Positions 13,567 to 26,010 of a DNA stretch of 64,000 bases are shown piece after piece (the first letter of the stretch is position 1; each line of letters starts with the position of its first letter). Origin of the DNA: Tubulanus polymorphus (Eukaryota > Animalia > Nemertea); assembly GCF_964204645.1 (NCBI RefSeq), contig NC_134029.1, positions 10,256,850 to 10,320,849 of the forward strand. Reading direction: 5' to 3'. The notes beneath the pieces were generated by a model. It worked only from the letters and a program-made list of their open reading frames with translations, did not search any database and was not told the DNA's origin. The position numbers and the translations under genes are program-made.

Positions 13567-13736
13567 TACATTCGTTTTTTTGGGTATATTCTGATACCAA
13601 TATCGACGTATTTGTGTCAGGTGGATAGCACTTTACTGCTTTCCCCAACACCGACAAGCGGGATTTGTTGGATCGGATCTCCTTTTGTAACCACTCGACC
13701 TTGCAACCGCAGATCAGAGGGTTATAATTCAGCTCC
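13567..13736 (-). CDS. Trk: Trk-like receptor exon 5: C-terminal Cys cluster (LRRCT)
   Basis: 170-nt phase 2-1 exon, gtag acceptor and gtaagt donor. ELNYNPLICGCKVEWLQKEIRSNKSRLSVLGKAVKCYPPDTNTSILVSEYTQKNEC has the NPxxCxCxxxWL...C...C LRRCT signature. Confidence 0.92.
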
Positions 13737-14666
13737 CTACAAAATATAATCTACAACTAAACTTCATACAATTACACCGTACCTTGTCGAGAAACTGCTC
13801 GGTAATCAGACATCAATATATACAATCAACAAATACAAACCAAAATAAACTTTGGAAAACGTCATGTTACAATTATTATGTATCGTGCATATACAAACCA
13901 TAATCACGAAAATCGATCAAACGTGTCCTTGAAAATTTCAAAACCTTATGCAGTTTTTGAAGTGTTTATTTTGGTCCACCGGTCCGCCATCCAGTAGTCA
14001 GTTTTGAAAACAGGCATTCGTTGGAGAATAACTGCACGCGACATTGAGTAGCTTCAGGATGGAGAGGGTGACGTTTCGCAAAGTTATATATAGGGTAAGC
14101 GTTTTACCGCGACCCTTGGTCAACACTCGTTATTCCAAGAGGTCGTCATTAGCTCTAAGCCGAGTGTGTCCACCGCCATAATACACCTGCGCAAATCGAC
14201 TTATATTGGGAGATTCGAGTTAATAACCACGATAATTGGGACTTGAACGCGCCAGAATTGCTGTAGAACCAACGAGGCCAGATGCCATCTAACTTTTTCT
14301 ACGTATTGTCTTCCCCTTACCTACCCTATCAAAATGCATAGTCTGATCCTACCCAAACGCTCCAATCGCTAACACCCCATTTCTTGCGATTGATTACGCC
14401 ATCAGTTTTTCATGCCCTGACGAAGTCGTCTTTGAACTAATGACGCGTGAACCTAGACACGTGATATTTTAAACCCCTTCTGGTGTATTACGTTATGTGT
14501 GTGGTGTATTATATCATTATATGTACTTCCTCGGCACGTTATATGTTCATACATACAGAGCCGTATCCACATAGCAATTTAAAACAACTAGTTTTGAACC
14601 ATTTCCGCCAATCTAAGGGGTGTCGCTTAAAAAAGAGCATTTGCATTCTTTGGCAACAGTAATATC

Positions 14667-14888
14667 TATGGTGGCTGATTCAGGCCATACTAAAAAATTT
14701 TTCTGTACGGTTAGAGCAACGATATAAAAACTTTCACATAGGCCCGTTTTTTTATTTTTTCTCGCGCGAGAATTCAAAAAGTTTGGTTTCTCACACGAGA
14801 ATTCAAAACTTTTGGTTTTCTCGCACGAGAAAACAAAACATTTTGGTTTTCTCGCGCGAGATCAGTATGGCCCGAATCAGCCTCCATA
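14667..14888. mobile_element. Non-autonomous IS3EU-like DNA transposon (MITE), different interior
   Basis: Same 23-bp TIR family; 6-bp TSD aatatc on both sides; interior of ~30-bp repeats (ttggttttctcgcacgagaa). Solo termini also at 2622-2644, 3727-3749 and ~54248-54267. Confidence 0.8.
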
Positions 14889-15490
14889 AATATCGGTACT
14901 CCTAGCCTAGTAAATCTAGTTTACAAAGATATACTTACTAATCAAAAATACGCTTGAGGTCTTGAAAAAGTATATTTATTTCCTTTTGAAATATTGAAAC
15001 TAGTCATTATACACCCGTGGTCACGTGTTTTACGGCCACAGTGCGTATGCCCGAACTGTGCCTTTGTAAATATTTCTTTCCGTATAGTACGGGTGTTAAA
15101 GGTAAGCGGAATTTATTCGGTGTGGCATTGGTTTTCGAAGCCGCAGGACGTGTTCCTTTTACATTGGATTTGTGTACCTGCATACAGCTGTTGATTTCAA
15201 CTATAGTGTCCCCTAGTGGAATATGGAACATGAACTAATTCAAAAGGCATCAAAATGTATTTGATAACATTACTTGCATACTCTCATCAGTTGTTTGTTA
15301 GATAGATAAAAGCACTTGCCCGAAAGCGTAGGCTAGTTGGGAAAAACGTGTACGTTGATTACACGCGGAGAAATCAATCTTTATATGAACATGGAAATAA
15401 CAACATTGTTTCTGCAGAACGACAGATACCCTAATTATAACGATAATGACAAAAGTAATAATCTATATTTTTATCTACGTTATTATTACT

Positions 15491-15491
<1 letters not shown>

Positions 15492-15562
<71 letters not shown>
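15492..15562. repeat. (CAT)n microsatellite
   Basis: Directly visible; source of the poly-H/poly-D/poly-I ORFs. Confidence 0.97.
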
Positions 15563-15639
15563 GTGCACTTTCTGCCGTGGTTGTTGTTGGTGACTTCTCA
15601 TCCAGTTTGCCACACACCCTGTTTACTTGTCGCCTGTCT

Positions 15640-17000
15640 ATCGAATCATGGAGGTCTTCGGATCGTCAAAATGGAAGTGCATCACAACCAACATATGGAA
15701 TCAATATCCAATAGCAATAATTGACAGCAATTGGAAATCTCTCGACCAGTTTCTCCAAAGTGAATTCTGTCACAACCAAAATAAGGAATTTCGTATACTC
15801 TGGTCCAAAGGTTATTTTGACCAAAGCATATCAAACATGCTTGATATTGGGTGACGAGGAGCAAATCCTTACGACAACGAGCAATCGCTATCTCCCGCTG
15901 CTGCAGACGAGCGATTTTTTCGTTCAACACCGAGCAAATCGGACAGTTGCTCGAGAATTTCTCGAAAACGTCGCCTGTGAGCGATAGGCTTGATCCAACT
16001 TTTAAAAGGGAGTCGGAGATGTGATCAAATTCAGCTGAAAGGAAGGTTTCATCGCAGATCCGTAATGCGCGGAGAAAGAGGCCTTGAGCAAGACTAATTT
16101 TGATAGATTTGCAGTGAATGAAAAGTGAAGATATGTCACAGCATAAGTAGGTTTTTGGTAGTCTGAGAAAATCAAATGAGAATATGTATTGTGAAGTAGA
16201 ACGTCTAAAACCGGAATTTGGTCATTTAGTTCCCTTTCGAATGTGAATTTCCAGGAAGGATATTAGCAGTTAATGAAGTCGATAAAAGAATATCGAGGGC
16301 AAGATGATCATGAACTAAACACAAAATGTCATCAACATTTCTTATTCAAAAGTTTGGTTTAGAGCCAGCATGATTTGGAAGAATTTCGATTCAAAATGTT
16401 CAAAACAAAAGTTGAAAATGGGAAATAATGGGTTACCCATAGGGAAACCGAAAATTTGTTCATCGAATTTGTCTTGGAATTGGAAATATAGGTTTATGGT
16501 ACAAACTTCCAGAAGTTCAAGTAAGCAATCTACAGGAATCGGGAGATCAAGAGAGTCCGGAAGTTTTCTTCTTAAAAATTGAGAGTTGGTTCCAAAGGTA
16601 TATTGGTAAACGCGTTGAGTTTATATAAAAGATCCATTGAAAATTCATAGAAAGTACCCTAAGCCGGGGAGAGTACTTAAGCCAGATAATCAGAAAGGCG
16701 ATACGATGGAGAATTAACATTAGAAATGATAGGTCTCAAAGGTGAATTAGGTTTATGAATTTTAGGAAGACCATCATAAGCATAAGGAAGATTTGGAAGC
16801 CGGGATTTAAATTTGGTGATGAAATCTGAATGATCGAGAATTAAAAAAAAATGTTCAAACATAAATTAAAAGCTCCGTTTAAGGTTGTTGCTTTTGATGG
16901 ATTTATAGAAATTGGAATCACCGAGAAAAGCAGACATTTTAGAATTGTAATCAGTCATATTTTGAATTACAATTTTACCGCCTTTGTCAGTGGAGATACG
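15640..17000 (-). mobile_element. Degraded Penelope-like retroelement (RT + GIY-YIG endonuclease)
   Basis: [44 protein letters not shown] (PLE RT), VYEIPYFGCDRIHFGETGR (GIY-YIG); disrupted frames. Confidence 0.88.
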
Positions 17001-17130
17001 AATGAATCACCCGAATCCTTGAAAATGTGACGAGTTCAAAGCGATTTGTTTCGATAGCCCCTAGACATCTAGTTGCCATCGTTTGTAAAGTATAAACTCA
17101 GAAGCAGAAAAGTGAGTCATTTCAACTTAC

Positions 17131-17199
17131 ATCGATTTGATTTCGAGACCGTATGTGACCTTCCAGGAGAATTCTTTAAAGCTGTTGTTTTGAAGATTT
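17131..17199 (-). CDS. Trk: Trk-like receptor exon 4: LRR3 (NLQNNSFKEFSWKVTYGLEIKS)
   Basis: 69-nt phase 2-2 exon, tttcag acceptor and gtaagt donor. Aligns to TrkA [23 protein letters not shown]. Confidence 0.9.
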
Positions 17200-18649
17200 C
17201 TGAAAAAGAAATTCAGTTAAACCAGATTACGATCAGATTGAGACGTTGTGATTGATTGAATTCCATGATCGGAGGTTTCCATTTAATCGGAATCAGAATT
17301 CAATCAGAATCTCCCACGGACATATATGAATATGGAAGCGAGATCGTGGACATACTGTAACTTCAGTTCTACCAAACGACGCAGCGAAAGCTAATCTAGG
17401 TAATTTTGCTAATAGAAATAGTCTAGTTCCTTAAAAATCAAATTCGAAGTTACGACTGTGAGGCCTGAGGCTACAGCGAGCAGAAATTACGGGACCCAGT
17501 TCTAAAGTTTTGAGTTTTCATTCAAGAGTGGGGTCTGTTTTAACTGAGTCTTAATTCACACCTTAAAGTCACCAAAATGCTCCCACACAACCCAACGGAT
17601 CTCCCCCCGAAAGTGTCAAGTTTCCCTGAAATTTCAAGGGAAAATGAAAATATTAATTAACTATATAATATCAACTGTTTGAATTATAGTAAGCATGTTC
17701 TCTGTAGTTCCAGAAATGAGGTTACGTATTTCCGATGATCGGATGCTCTTCTGATAATAGATGATATGCCCTATTTTATGGGTGCACCCCTCTCTCAATC
17801 ACACCCTCATTCCGCCCCTGATTACTTGCGAATATGCAAAGATTTCACTTTAGCAATACGCATAGATCTCGGACCCTCCCCCCTAAATTGGAAAATCCCT
17901 AAAATGTGTCCCCCAAAAAATCCTAGGTAATCTTTTTCACTTAAGGTGAATATGTGAGACAAATTGAAGTGGTATTTTCTCATGCAGATGAATTTACAAT
18001 GGTATTGTGTTGGTATCGTGTAACATTTATGATATAATGGATTCCATTGTTCAACTTCTTCAAAAATCTCTCAAAACAAAATTCTTCTGAAAATTTCAGA
18101 AAATTTCTATTGTCGATCACCACTCACGGTCGTTAGCTATACCACTACGCATCGTCTTAGTAACATTTTGTATGGCCCCCTACTTCCCTGGACCCCTCAC
18201 CTACAGAAAGGGTCCGTTGTAAAAATCATAGGGAATTAAGTGGGTTTATCTAGAGAATGATAAAATATCAGATTTGGGAATCTTTTCTACATATCTTATG
18301 CCAGTAGTATTGAGCAAACGAATTGACTCTTCTTTTTTAGGATGGTCGACGGTAAGTATTGATTTAAGTTATTACATTAAATTTCCCAATTAATATTTCA
18401 AGGATTTTCCACACACCTTCAGGAGATTCAACTTACTTGACATGTTAATTCTATTTGCATTTCTTAACGCAATTATACCTATCTTTACTGTCACGTTTTC
18501 CAAATATGTCCAATTAGAAACTAATTTTGACTGTATTTGTATCACTATTCAGATTTTTCACATCTTTCAACCTGGGTCACGCAAAGGCCGAAAAAACCAG
18601 ATTTTGTTATTCAACTTAACGGACGAGTATTGACTTAGTCGATATGTGA

Positions 18650-19650
18650 AACCTTGCAATCATCTTGTCTGGCAACCTGGAGTAATTGGCCCCTATTCAC
18701 AGGCCAATCATGCTTCGCTAAACTCAGGGACATCAGTCACCACAGAATTTCGATTTCCTCGATGATTACCAAATCGACTTGCAGTCGTCCGTGGGATTTA
18801 GTAAGACTTCCATGACAGACACTTTAGCCTTATTGAATTAAGCGGTGTCGGTGTGACCCATAAAACAGGTTTTGCACCGGAACGGGGCATTATAGCATAT
18901 ACGCCACGGCAACCGGGTCGTCAGCTAGTGCCTCCTTCCCAGTGGGCGCTTCTGCGGGTAACCGCGTCTGTTATTTGTGGAACAGTTCTGCCAATCACAG
19001 GCAACTTCTGGTTGGTTCCTTCTCCGGTCTTTTTATTCGCTTTTCTTACAAATTTCCTGAACAATCGGTTTACTTCGAGATTTTATCCTCTATTATCAGA
19101 TCCATTGCAATCCGCCCTTGCGTGAATAATATTCGTTCAGATTACATATTTCTACACATGCTAGATAATGTTCCACTCTCACGAAACCTCGTCCGTAGTA
19201 ATCGTGCGGCAGCTATATCAACATACAAGTTGGGGGTAACGACATTGACGACCCTTCGGTAAAGCCAGAAGCGGGCATTTTCACGCAAACTATGCCTCGG
19301 TCTGTATATGCCAGGTTACGAACTGCCTTACGTGGAGGAATTTCTATCGCCCCGATGGAAATTCCAGGGTCCAAACTGTGAATCATTTCCTGGGTACTGT
19401 TTGCGCAGACCACCAACGCCTGCTTTTCTGGAAGCACAAGGGGCTCTGGAACTCGTCTGCGAACATTTTTGCTTACGGTGGAGTCTATCTGAACATTTAG
19501 GACAATACAAACTATTTAGGAGTTTGAAAGGGTCCATTTGCGCACACGGGACAATATAATCAGCTTACATATGGCCGGATAATCGTCGAGAGATGTCCCT
19601 TTTCGAATTGCATTCTTGAAATTTATATGCCTGGAGATGCGTTCTAGACG
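18650..19650 (-). mobile_element. Possible very degraded RLE-type (HERO/NeSL-like) non-LTR retrotransposon 3' region
   Basis: Frameshifted motifs resembling ALADGRxxWRH and LxxDLVII of restriction-like endonuclease elements; weak, by eye only. Confidence 0.3.
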
Positions 19651-21074
19651 TTTCTGAACTCAATTTTCAGTGTGCACGAAGCCAAACGACCTTGAAACGG
19701 TGTGAGAATAGGACGTGTGGAGGTCCGACCCCAGAAAACAGAAAAATCCTTTGATTGTGCGTCCGCACTCCAGCAGCCCACCCTCCCCTCCCACGCTACG
19801 GGTCTGTACTATACACCAACTATGGTGATCCTCAAAATTACCGACAAAATAATATAAACATTCCGTAGATTCCTAGATCTTAAACATCTCATCGGACATA
19901 TGAATAATTTACTGGGTCAAAGCCTTACATCCATATTACTTACTAGTAGACACACAACGTTTCTTGTAACAAGTGGCCCTAGGATGCGCGAGCGCACGGT
20001 AGAAGCGACCGTTAGAATTCCGTAAAAATATGATGGATAACCTTCTCAAAAAACCCATGTTTAAACAGCCTGCCATAATGGCTTAACTCTGGAGGTTGAT
20101 GTATTCTTTCGATCCATACCAAACAACGGTTTTCATGGCCCTGCACTGAGAAAATTAGCGTCTCAAATAAAAACGTACGAGCGCCACCTTGGGTCAACAC
20201 AAGTACTTGATATGCTGATCAATATTGATACTCAGAGCAAAGTACTGATATATCAGGTTTAGCAAAATTAGCCTTAGCGGATGGCGCCGATACAGTTTTT
20301 CACTATATGCCCCCTGGCGGCAGTTGCATCAATGACGCCGAATGACGATGAAATTAGTTTTAATGATTAAAACCCGTAGCGGTAGAGTAGGAACTTAATA
20401 CTCTATTGGGCGCTTGTCATTTGACGACAAATGTGTATCAATTCTCATCGAGACCCGTTATCCAATTAGTAGATTTAGATTGAAAAAGCATATTCCCAGG
20501 TTTTGTAGCGCTATTGTGAGGTCAAATTATTCATCATTTCAAGCACTAGTAAAAGGCTATTGAACACCACCGCAACTACAGTTAGAGAACTAGAAGCAAG
20601 AACCTCATTTAGAAAAAAAACTGTGAGCCATATATGACCCCGTCTGTCCCAAACGTTGCATAGAAAGGGCGCTCCAAAATCTATTTTACTTTGGGTTATT
20701 ACTAATAACTTTCGTGCTCGCCAGAAGTTATGTACCCAAAGATAAAGATTTTTCTCACGCAGTACTTTTCAATGTCAAAATTCAAATTTTTTGATGTCAG
20801 AATTTCAAAATTCTAATGCCACTTGGTTGGGGAAAGGATTCGTGACTAAAAATCTTCATTTAAGAATTTTCATTTACGCGTTCGTTTTGTTTGCCTGAAA
20901 TAACCTAGTGATGATTCACTGCTAGAATCAATTTTGACCTTTATTTGTATATATTCATTTTTCAAGTTCTGGTAGACTAAGTGGTTCCAACCTACACCGG
21001 CGTACACATTCTCAGAGACTATATTCATGGTGTACGAGCCCAGGAACGCTGCGACTAATTCACTATTGACGTAT

Positions 21075-21840
<766 letters not shown>

Positions 21841-21986
21841 CTTGTAGCATCAACAGATTAAGCGATAACGTATAAACTACTGAACAGGGGCAGTGGAGAT
21901 GCCTGATGATACCGTTTTTTTCAGTTTATACATCCATGTTGGAGCTAAGATCAGGATCAAATCTATTCACTGCTGCGTGTACTTAC

Positions 21987-22058
21987 AATTCCGTGAGCAA
22001 TCGGTTTGACTGAAAAGTGTCGTTGGCTATATTTGTCAGGCCGCTGAATTGTATCTTC
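21987..22058 (-). CDS. Trk: Trk-like receptor exon 3: LRR2 (KIQFSGLTNIANDTFQSNRLLTEL)
   Basis: 72-nt phase 2-2 exon, ccag acceptor and gtaagt donor. Aligns by eye to the TrkA LRR [24 protein letters not shown]. Confidence 0.9.
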
Positions 22059-23422
22059 CTGGAATAAATAGCACGTTATCAACTGGGTAAATTTAAAAAA
22101 TCGACATTCCTATTTTCATGCTCAGTGATTACGCATTAAATGTTTGTTTCCATGGAAACAGCCACAACTCGTATTTCGGGCATTTAAGTGACATCATGGA
22201 TTTCATGAGAATGGTACTGCGACTTAAGATGTTCACCTTTTCTTCTGGATCCATATTTTAAATTTAGGAGCCCCTAGCGACTGACTGGTACGTGGGATTT
22301 ACATTTTATCCGATCATTTCCCGAGACCTTAGTTGTTTATTCTGACTTTGTGTAGTACTAACCATACCGGTGCCGGGAATTGATAGTTCAAAATACCCAA
22401 TCATTATTATAATAAAGAGACACAGAGAAAATAAGTATGTACGTAGGTTGTTCGAACAGCCAGTTCCGTTCATCATATTGTGATCAAATATAACGAAGTA
22501 GGGGTGGCAGGTGTCACCGGTTCTGAATATTGCACGTAAATGTTTTGAAGATTACAGGTGCACGAGTTAACGAACGATAGGTACAGGGAGAAACATTCAC
22601 GGAAGGAAACTAGATAATTCTTTTGGGGATATGCAGAAAGGATCGATATGAATTTGGTAATCAATTTCCAGTTGTTATCATAGTGCTGGAAATAGTAGTA
22701 TCAGATTGTTTTACGCACAAAAATAAGCTCTAATTGGAACATGTTAAGTACATCAGGAAACAGTGGGATCAGTGTTATATAAGTAATGAGATTTGCTGAT
22801 CAACCGAACACACATCTTAATATTGCAGATTTGTATATAGAAGGATGCAGTTTGCAGAGTTTTTCCTAAGGCATTGTTTTGCAATTATAAATGAAAAGAA
22901 TCATTTATGGAAAAACATCTGAACCGGAAGATTAGCAATTTTGTCTCAGTCATCATTTTTTGTCGCTTCCTTTAGATATAGGGCCTAAAGTACAACTAAT
23001 TATCTGCCAGGTAAGTGAAACCTATGATAAGGATAACAGGGGTGGAACCAGAAAAAGGTCCCAATACGGGCACTTCGGTGTTTTTCATCATTGGTCATTT
23101 AGATCATATAGGGGTTAATTTCTAAAGATGTCTATCCCAAAGGGTTTATTACGCACGTGTATGCTGACTATCACCTAACATAAGAACAACTCAGTTCAAT
23201 ACAGGGTGCTTTGGGCAACCACCCACACGAAAATTCTCGGATTTGCGAGGGAAGCGTTCGAACGAAATAATCTTTTCGTTCGAGTGACCCGAACACCCCT
23301 TTTGATCCGCCCTTTGGATTATAAAAGAGCAATTTAAAGTTATAGTTTCAGATAAAACGAGGATGGTGCGCAGCGGAAACGTTTTACGTAGAATTTCATT
23401 CATGTTTGGTAAGCTTACTTAC

Positions 23423-23497
23423 AATATTTTCAGCTCGGGATAATATGTCATCGATGAGCGATTCAGCTCTCGAAGCCTGGGTTGGTTTTTTATATCT
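23423..23497 (-). CDS. Trk: Trk-like receptor exon 2: LRR1 (DIKNQPRLRELNRSSMTYYPELKIL)
   Basis: 75-nt phase 2-2 exon, tttcag acceptor and gtaagt donor. Resembles the first LRR exon of vertebrate Trks (IENQxxL motif). Not in the ORF track. Confidence 0.88.
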
Positions 23498-24545
23498 CTG
23501 AAATGAAACGAACAGTAAAAATTGCATGATATCGACATTAGAAAAACTAGAAGGTCTACACCCTAAATTATTGATTTACTACAAAGCCTACAAAGCCAAA
23601 AATAGGATATATGAGACACTCATCAATCGTACCTAAAATAATCATCATCTACGCATACATGACCACTAGAAATGCGGAGAAACCGGTAAAGGCATCAACG
23701 CATGGAGCGCTTAGGGTGACGGTGACCGCAATCAAGTGTAGCAATGCAGGAGTGAAGCCCACAATGGGGACCTTGAGGGATCGCCACAAAATGGCGCCTA
23801 GAAACTGGAAACTTCTTTATTATAAGAGCCTAATACAATCACTAGTTAAGCCATGCTAATCCTTTTTTCTATTCATATTTGGAGTGCGTATCTGCTACCC
23901 CGAATTCTACCTAAAACGTCCTATGAATTATCTTTATTTTTTCCCTATTCTCAGTCACGTTTTTCGTTATAATTTTTCCCAGTAAAAACACAGTTCACAA
24001 TTTCCGCCTTAGTTTTTGAACGTATGATCTGCAAAAGTGTGATTTCTTTGTTATTCCCATCAAATAGAAAGACAATTTTTCCCTTCACCCATCCATTCAT
24101 TTCCTGAACAAAATTGGTACTCAGGCGCGGATCTACGTAGTGGAAAGGGATTTTTGTCAGGCACGGTTTTTTAATAATGGAAAGAAAGAGTTCGTTTGCT
24201 TAGATTCCTCTCTACGAATTTACGTCGCACTGTCGAAGTGTAGAGAATGTACAACTACCATGATAAACAATCGTCGAGCGGTCGAATTGTCGAACATTCG
24301 TCGATATTTCGTGTTGAATTGTCAAACCGTTGTGCATGTGCGCAGTGTGTTTTCCCCTATCAGCCATGTTAGTGCGAGACGTTCGGCCTAAGGGAATTTT
24401 TTCAGTTGGTATCAAAGAAAATGGAATGGTGTGATCAGCTAATCAAGTGTCTTTCGAATTATCTTTCTATAAAGCTTTTAGTCCGGGGATGGAAGTCAAA
24501 CATGAATCTATCGAACTAATCATCCTCCTCTATGTATAGGATAGA

Positions 24546-24631
24546 AACCTCGGTCACATTTCTACGCGAAATAGAACCGTCGAGGGCGCTTGCGCGAGAC
24601 GTTCTATTCGCGTAGAAATGTGACCGAGGTT
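24546..24631. repeat. 86-bp near-perfect palindrome (tiny MITE/hairpin)
   Basis: Arms aacctcggtcacatttctacgcgaa(a)tagaac / gttctattcgcgtagaaatgtgaccgaggtt with a GC-rich loop. Confidence 0.85.
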
Positions 24632-24728
24632 AAGAACCCGTTCAATCGCCCGAGATATATATCACACACTCGTCGTACCAGCCTTACCGTTGAAATGTAA
24701 ATCCCCATTTCATATACCTTGACTTAAC

Positions 24729-25403
24729 CCAGGAAGAAAGCCACTAAATATTTGGATGGATATATGAAAGCTGTGGGTACTGGAGTGTGTAATGGGTAGT
24801 GTAGTGTGATCTGTGTGCATTTTGGTGGCCAGCACACAGATCACATTGTTCATTGGGGTTTAGTCCAGGACTCGCGAGATTTTCAACAACACGGAAGTAA
24901 CGTGTAATAAATGATGACTTGAATTGCATGACTACCTACCACCCCTCATTATTGTTGGAAAACTAAACGTTCCGCACTGACTAAAAATTAGTAATAATAA
25001 TCAATAACATTTTAGAAATGGCCAGAATTTTAACTTAGGTTCTATCTCATTTTTATTTTACAATTGCGATTGGTATAATTTTTTTTTAAACGGCCGTTAA
25101 GGCTTCATGTTTCGTCTGCAATTCACTGCAAATAGTTACGCAACTACGCACATTTCAGTGTTTTTGGCAGCTGTACACTCAATCGGCACCGTTCGTGACT
25201 AGCTTCACTGCGGAATTATCATTATCACCATATCACATCATCAACTTATATTGTGCCTTAAAACCCTAACAGCCGAAATAATTGAAATACACACACGATT
25301 TCTATCATTGAAAATTGAGAGAATGGCCGTGTTTGTGTTCTGCTGCTTCGCGTTAATCCCGCGGGGTGGCGCCACCGCGCGGAGTGGTGCCGATACGTCC
25401 AGC
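24729..25403 (-). repeat. ~670-bp interspersed repeat, copy A (inverted relative to 47737-48405)
   Basis: Near-identical reverse-complement match; the same pseudo-ORF MQFKSSFITRYFRVVENLASPG appears on opposite strands. Confidence 0.92.
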
Positions 25404-26010
25404 ATTCCTTTAATATACAGATGGGAAAGACCATTTAATGCTTTAAAAATCAATAAAACTGCCTCGAACTCGATACGTTTGTGTAAAGGTAGCCAGTGCA
25501 ATTCAAAGAACTGGCGTTATGCTATCAAATTAACGTTTTTGTACAATTAGGCGAGCAGCAGCATTTTGTATGGTTTGAAGACGACCAAGTTGACATTTCG
25601 TAACCCAAAGTAGTAAACTGTTACAATAGTCGAGCCTAGAAGTAATAAAGCAATGCACCAGTCTCTCTGTCAGGGCTTGGTCAAGTAGCTTTCTGATTTT
25701 ACTAATTCTGTAGAAAGCAAACGAAGCAGCTTTACATACGTGGTTAACAAACTTATCCATCGTCATGTAGATATAAAAAAACACCCAGATTTCGTACATT
25801 ATCTGAGAGATATTACATACATACATTATAGAGATATAAAGGAGTTTCCAACTTGGATCTCACTTCACTGAAACTTTTGAGAATTTGGTCTGAACTTTGA
25901 TGAGAAAAGGATAGCCTCTGTTTTAGAATCGTTTAAAAACAATAAATTATCCCCCATCCAAATGTGTATATCTGTAATACAGGATTCAATCTTACATCAG
26001 ATAGAATTGG
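25404..26010 (-). mobile_element. L2-like LINE RT/C-terminal fragment
   Basis: LNDSKTEAI, SRLDYCNSLL, LQTIQNAAARLI and LHWLPLHKRIEF motifs typical of L2 ORF2. Confidence 0.85.

Noticed and set aside
13100-14450. Other CTGAnGA motifs (13105, 14417; also 35922, 2725) as hammerheads
   Set aside because: No stem II followed by GAAA and no closing stems.
15337-15724. Poly-His / poly-Asp / poly-Ile ORFs
   Set aside because: Translations of the (CAT)n microsatellite; no splice or homology support.
19569-19630. Candidate additional Trk LRR exon (cag...gtaag)
   Set aside because: 62 nt would shift the frame, it has no LRR pattern, and 21987-22058 fills the slot.
22473-22685. Candidate Trk exon/ORF in intron 2
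   Set aside because: Stop codon in the required phase and no Trk similarity.
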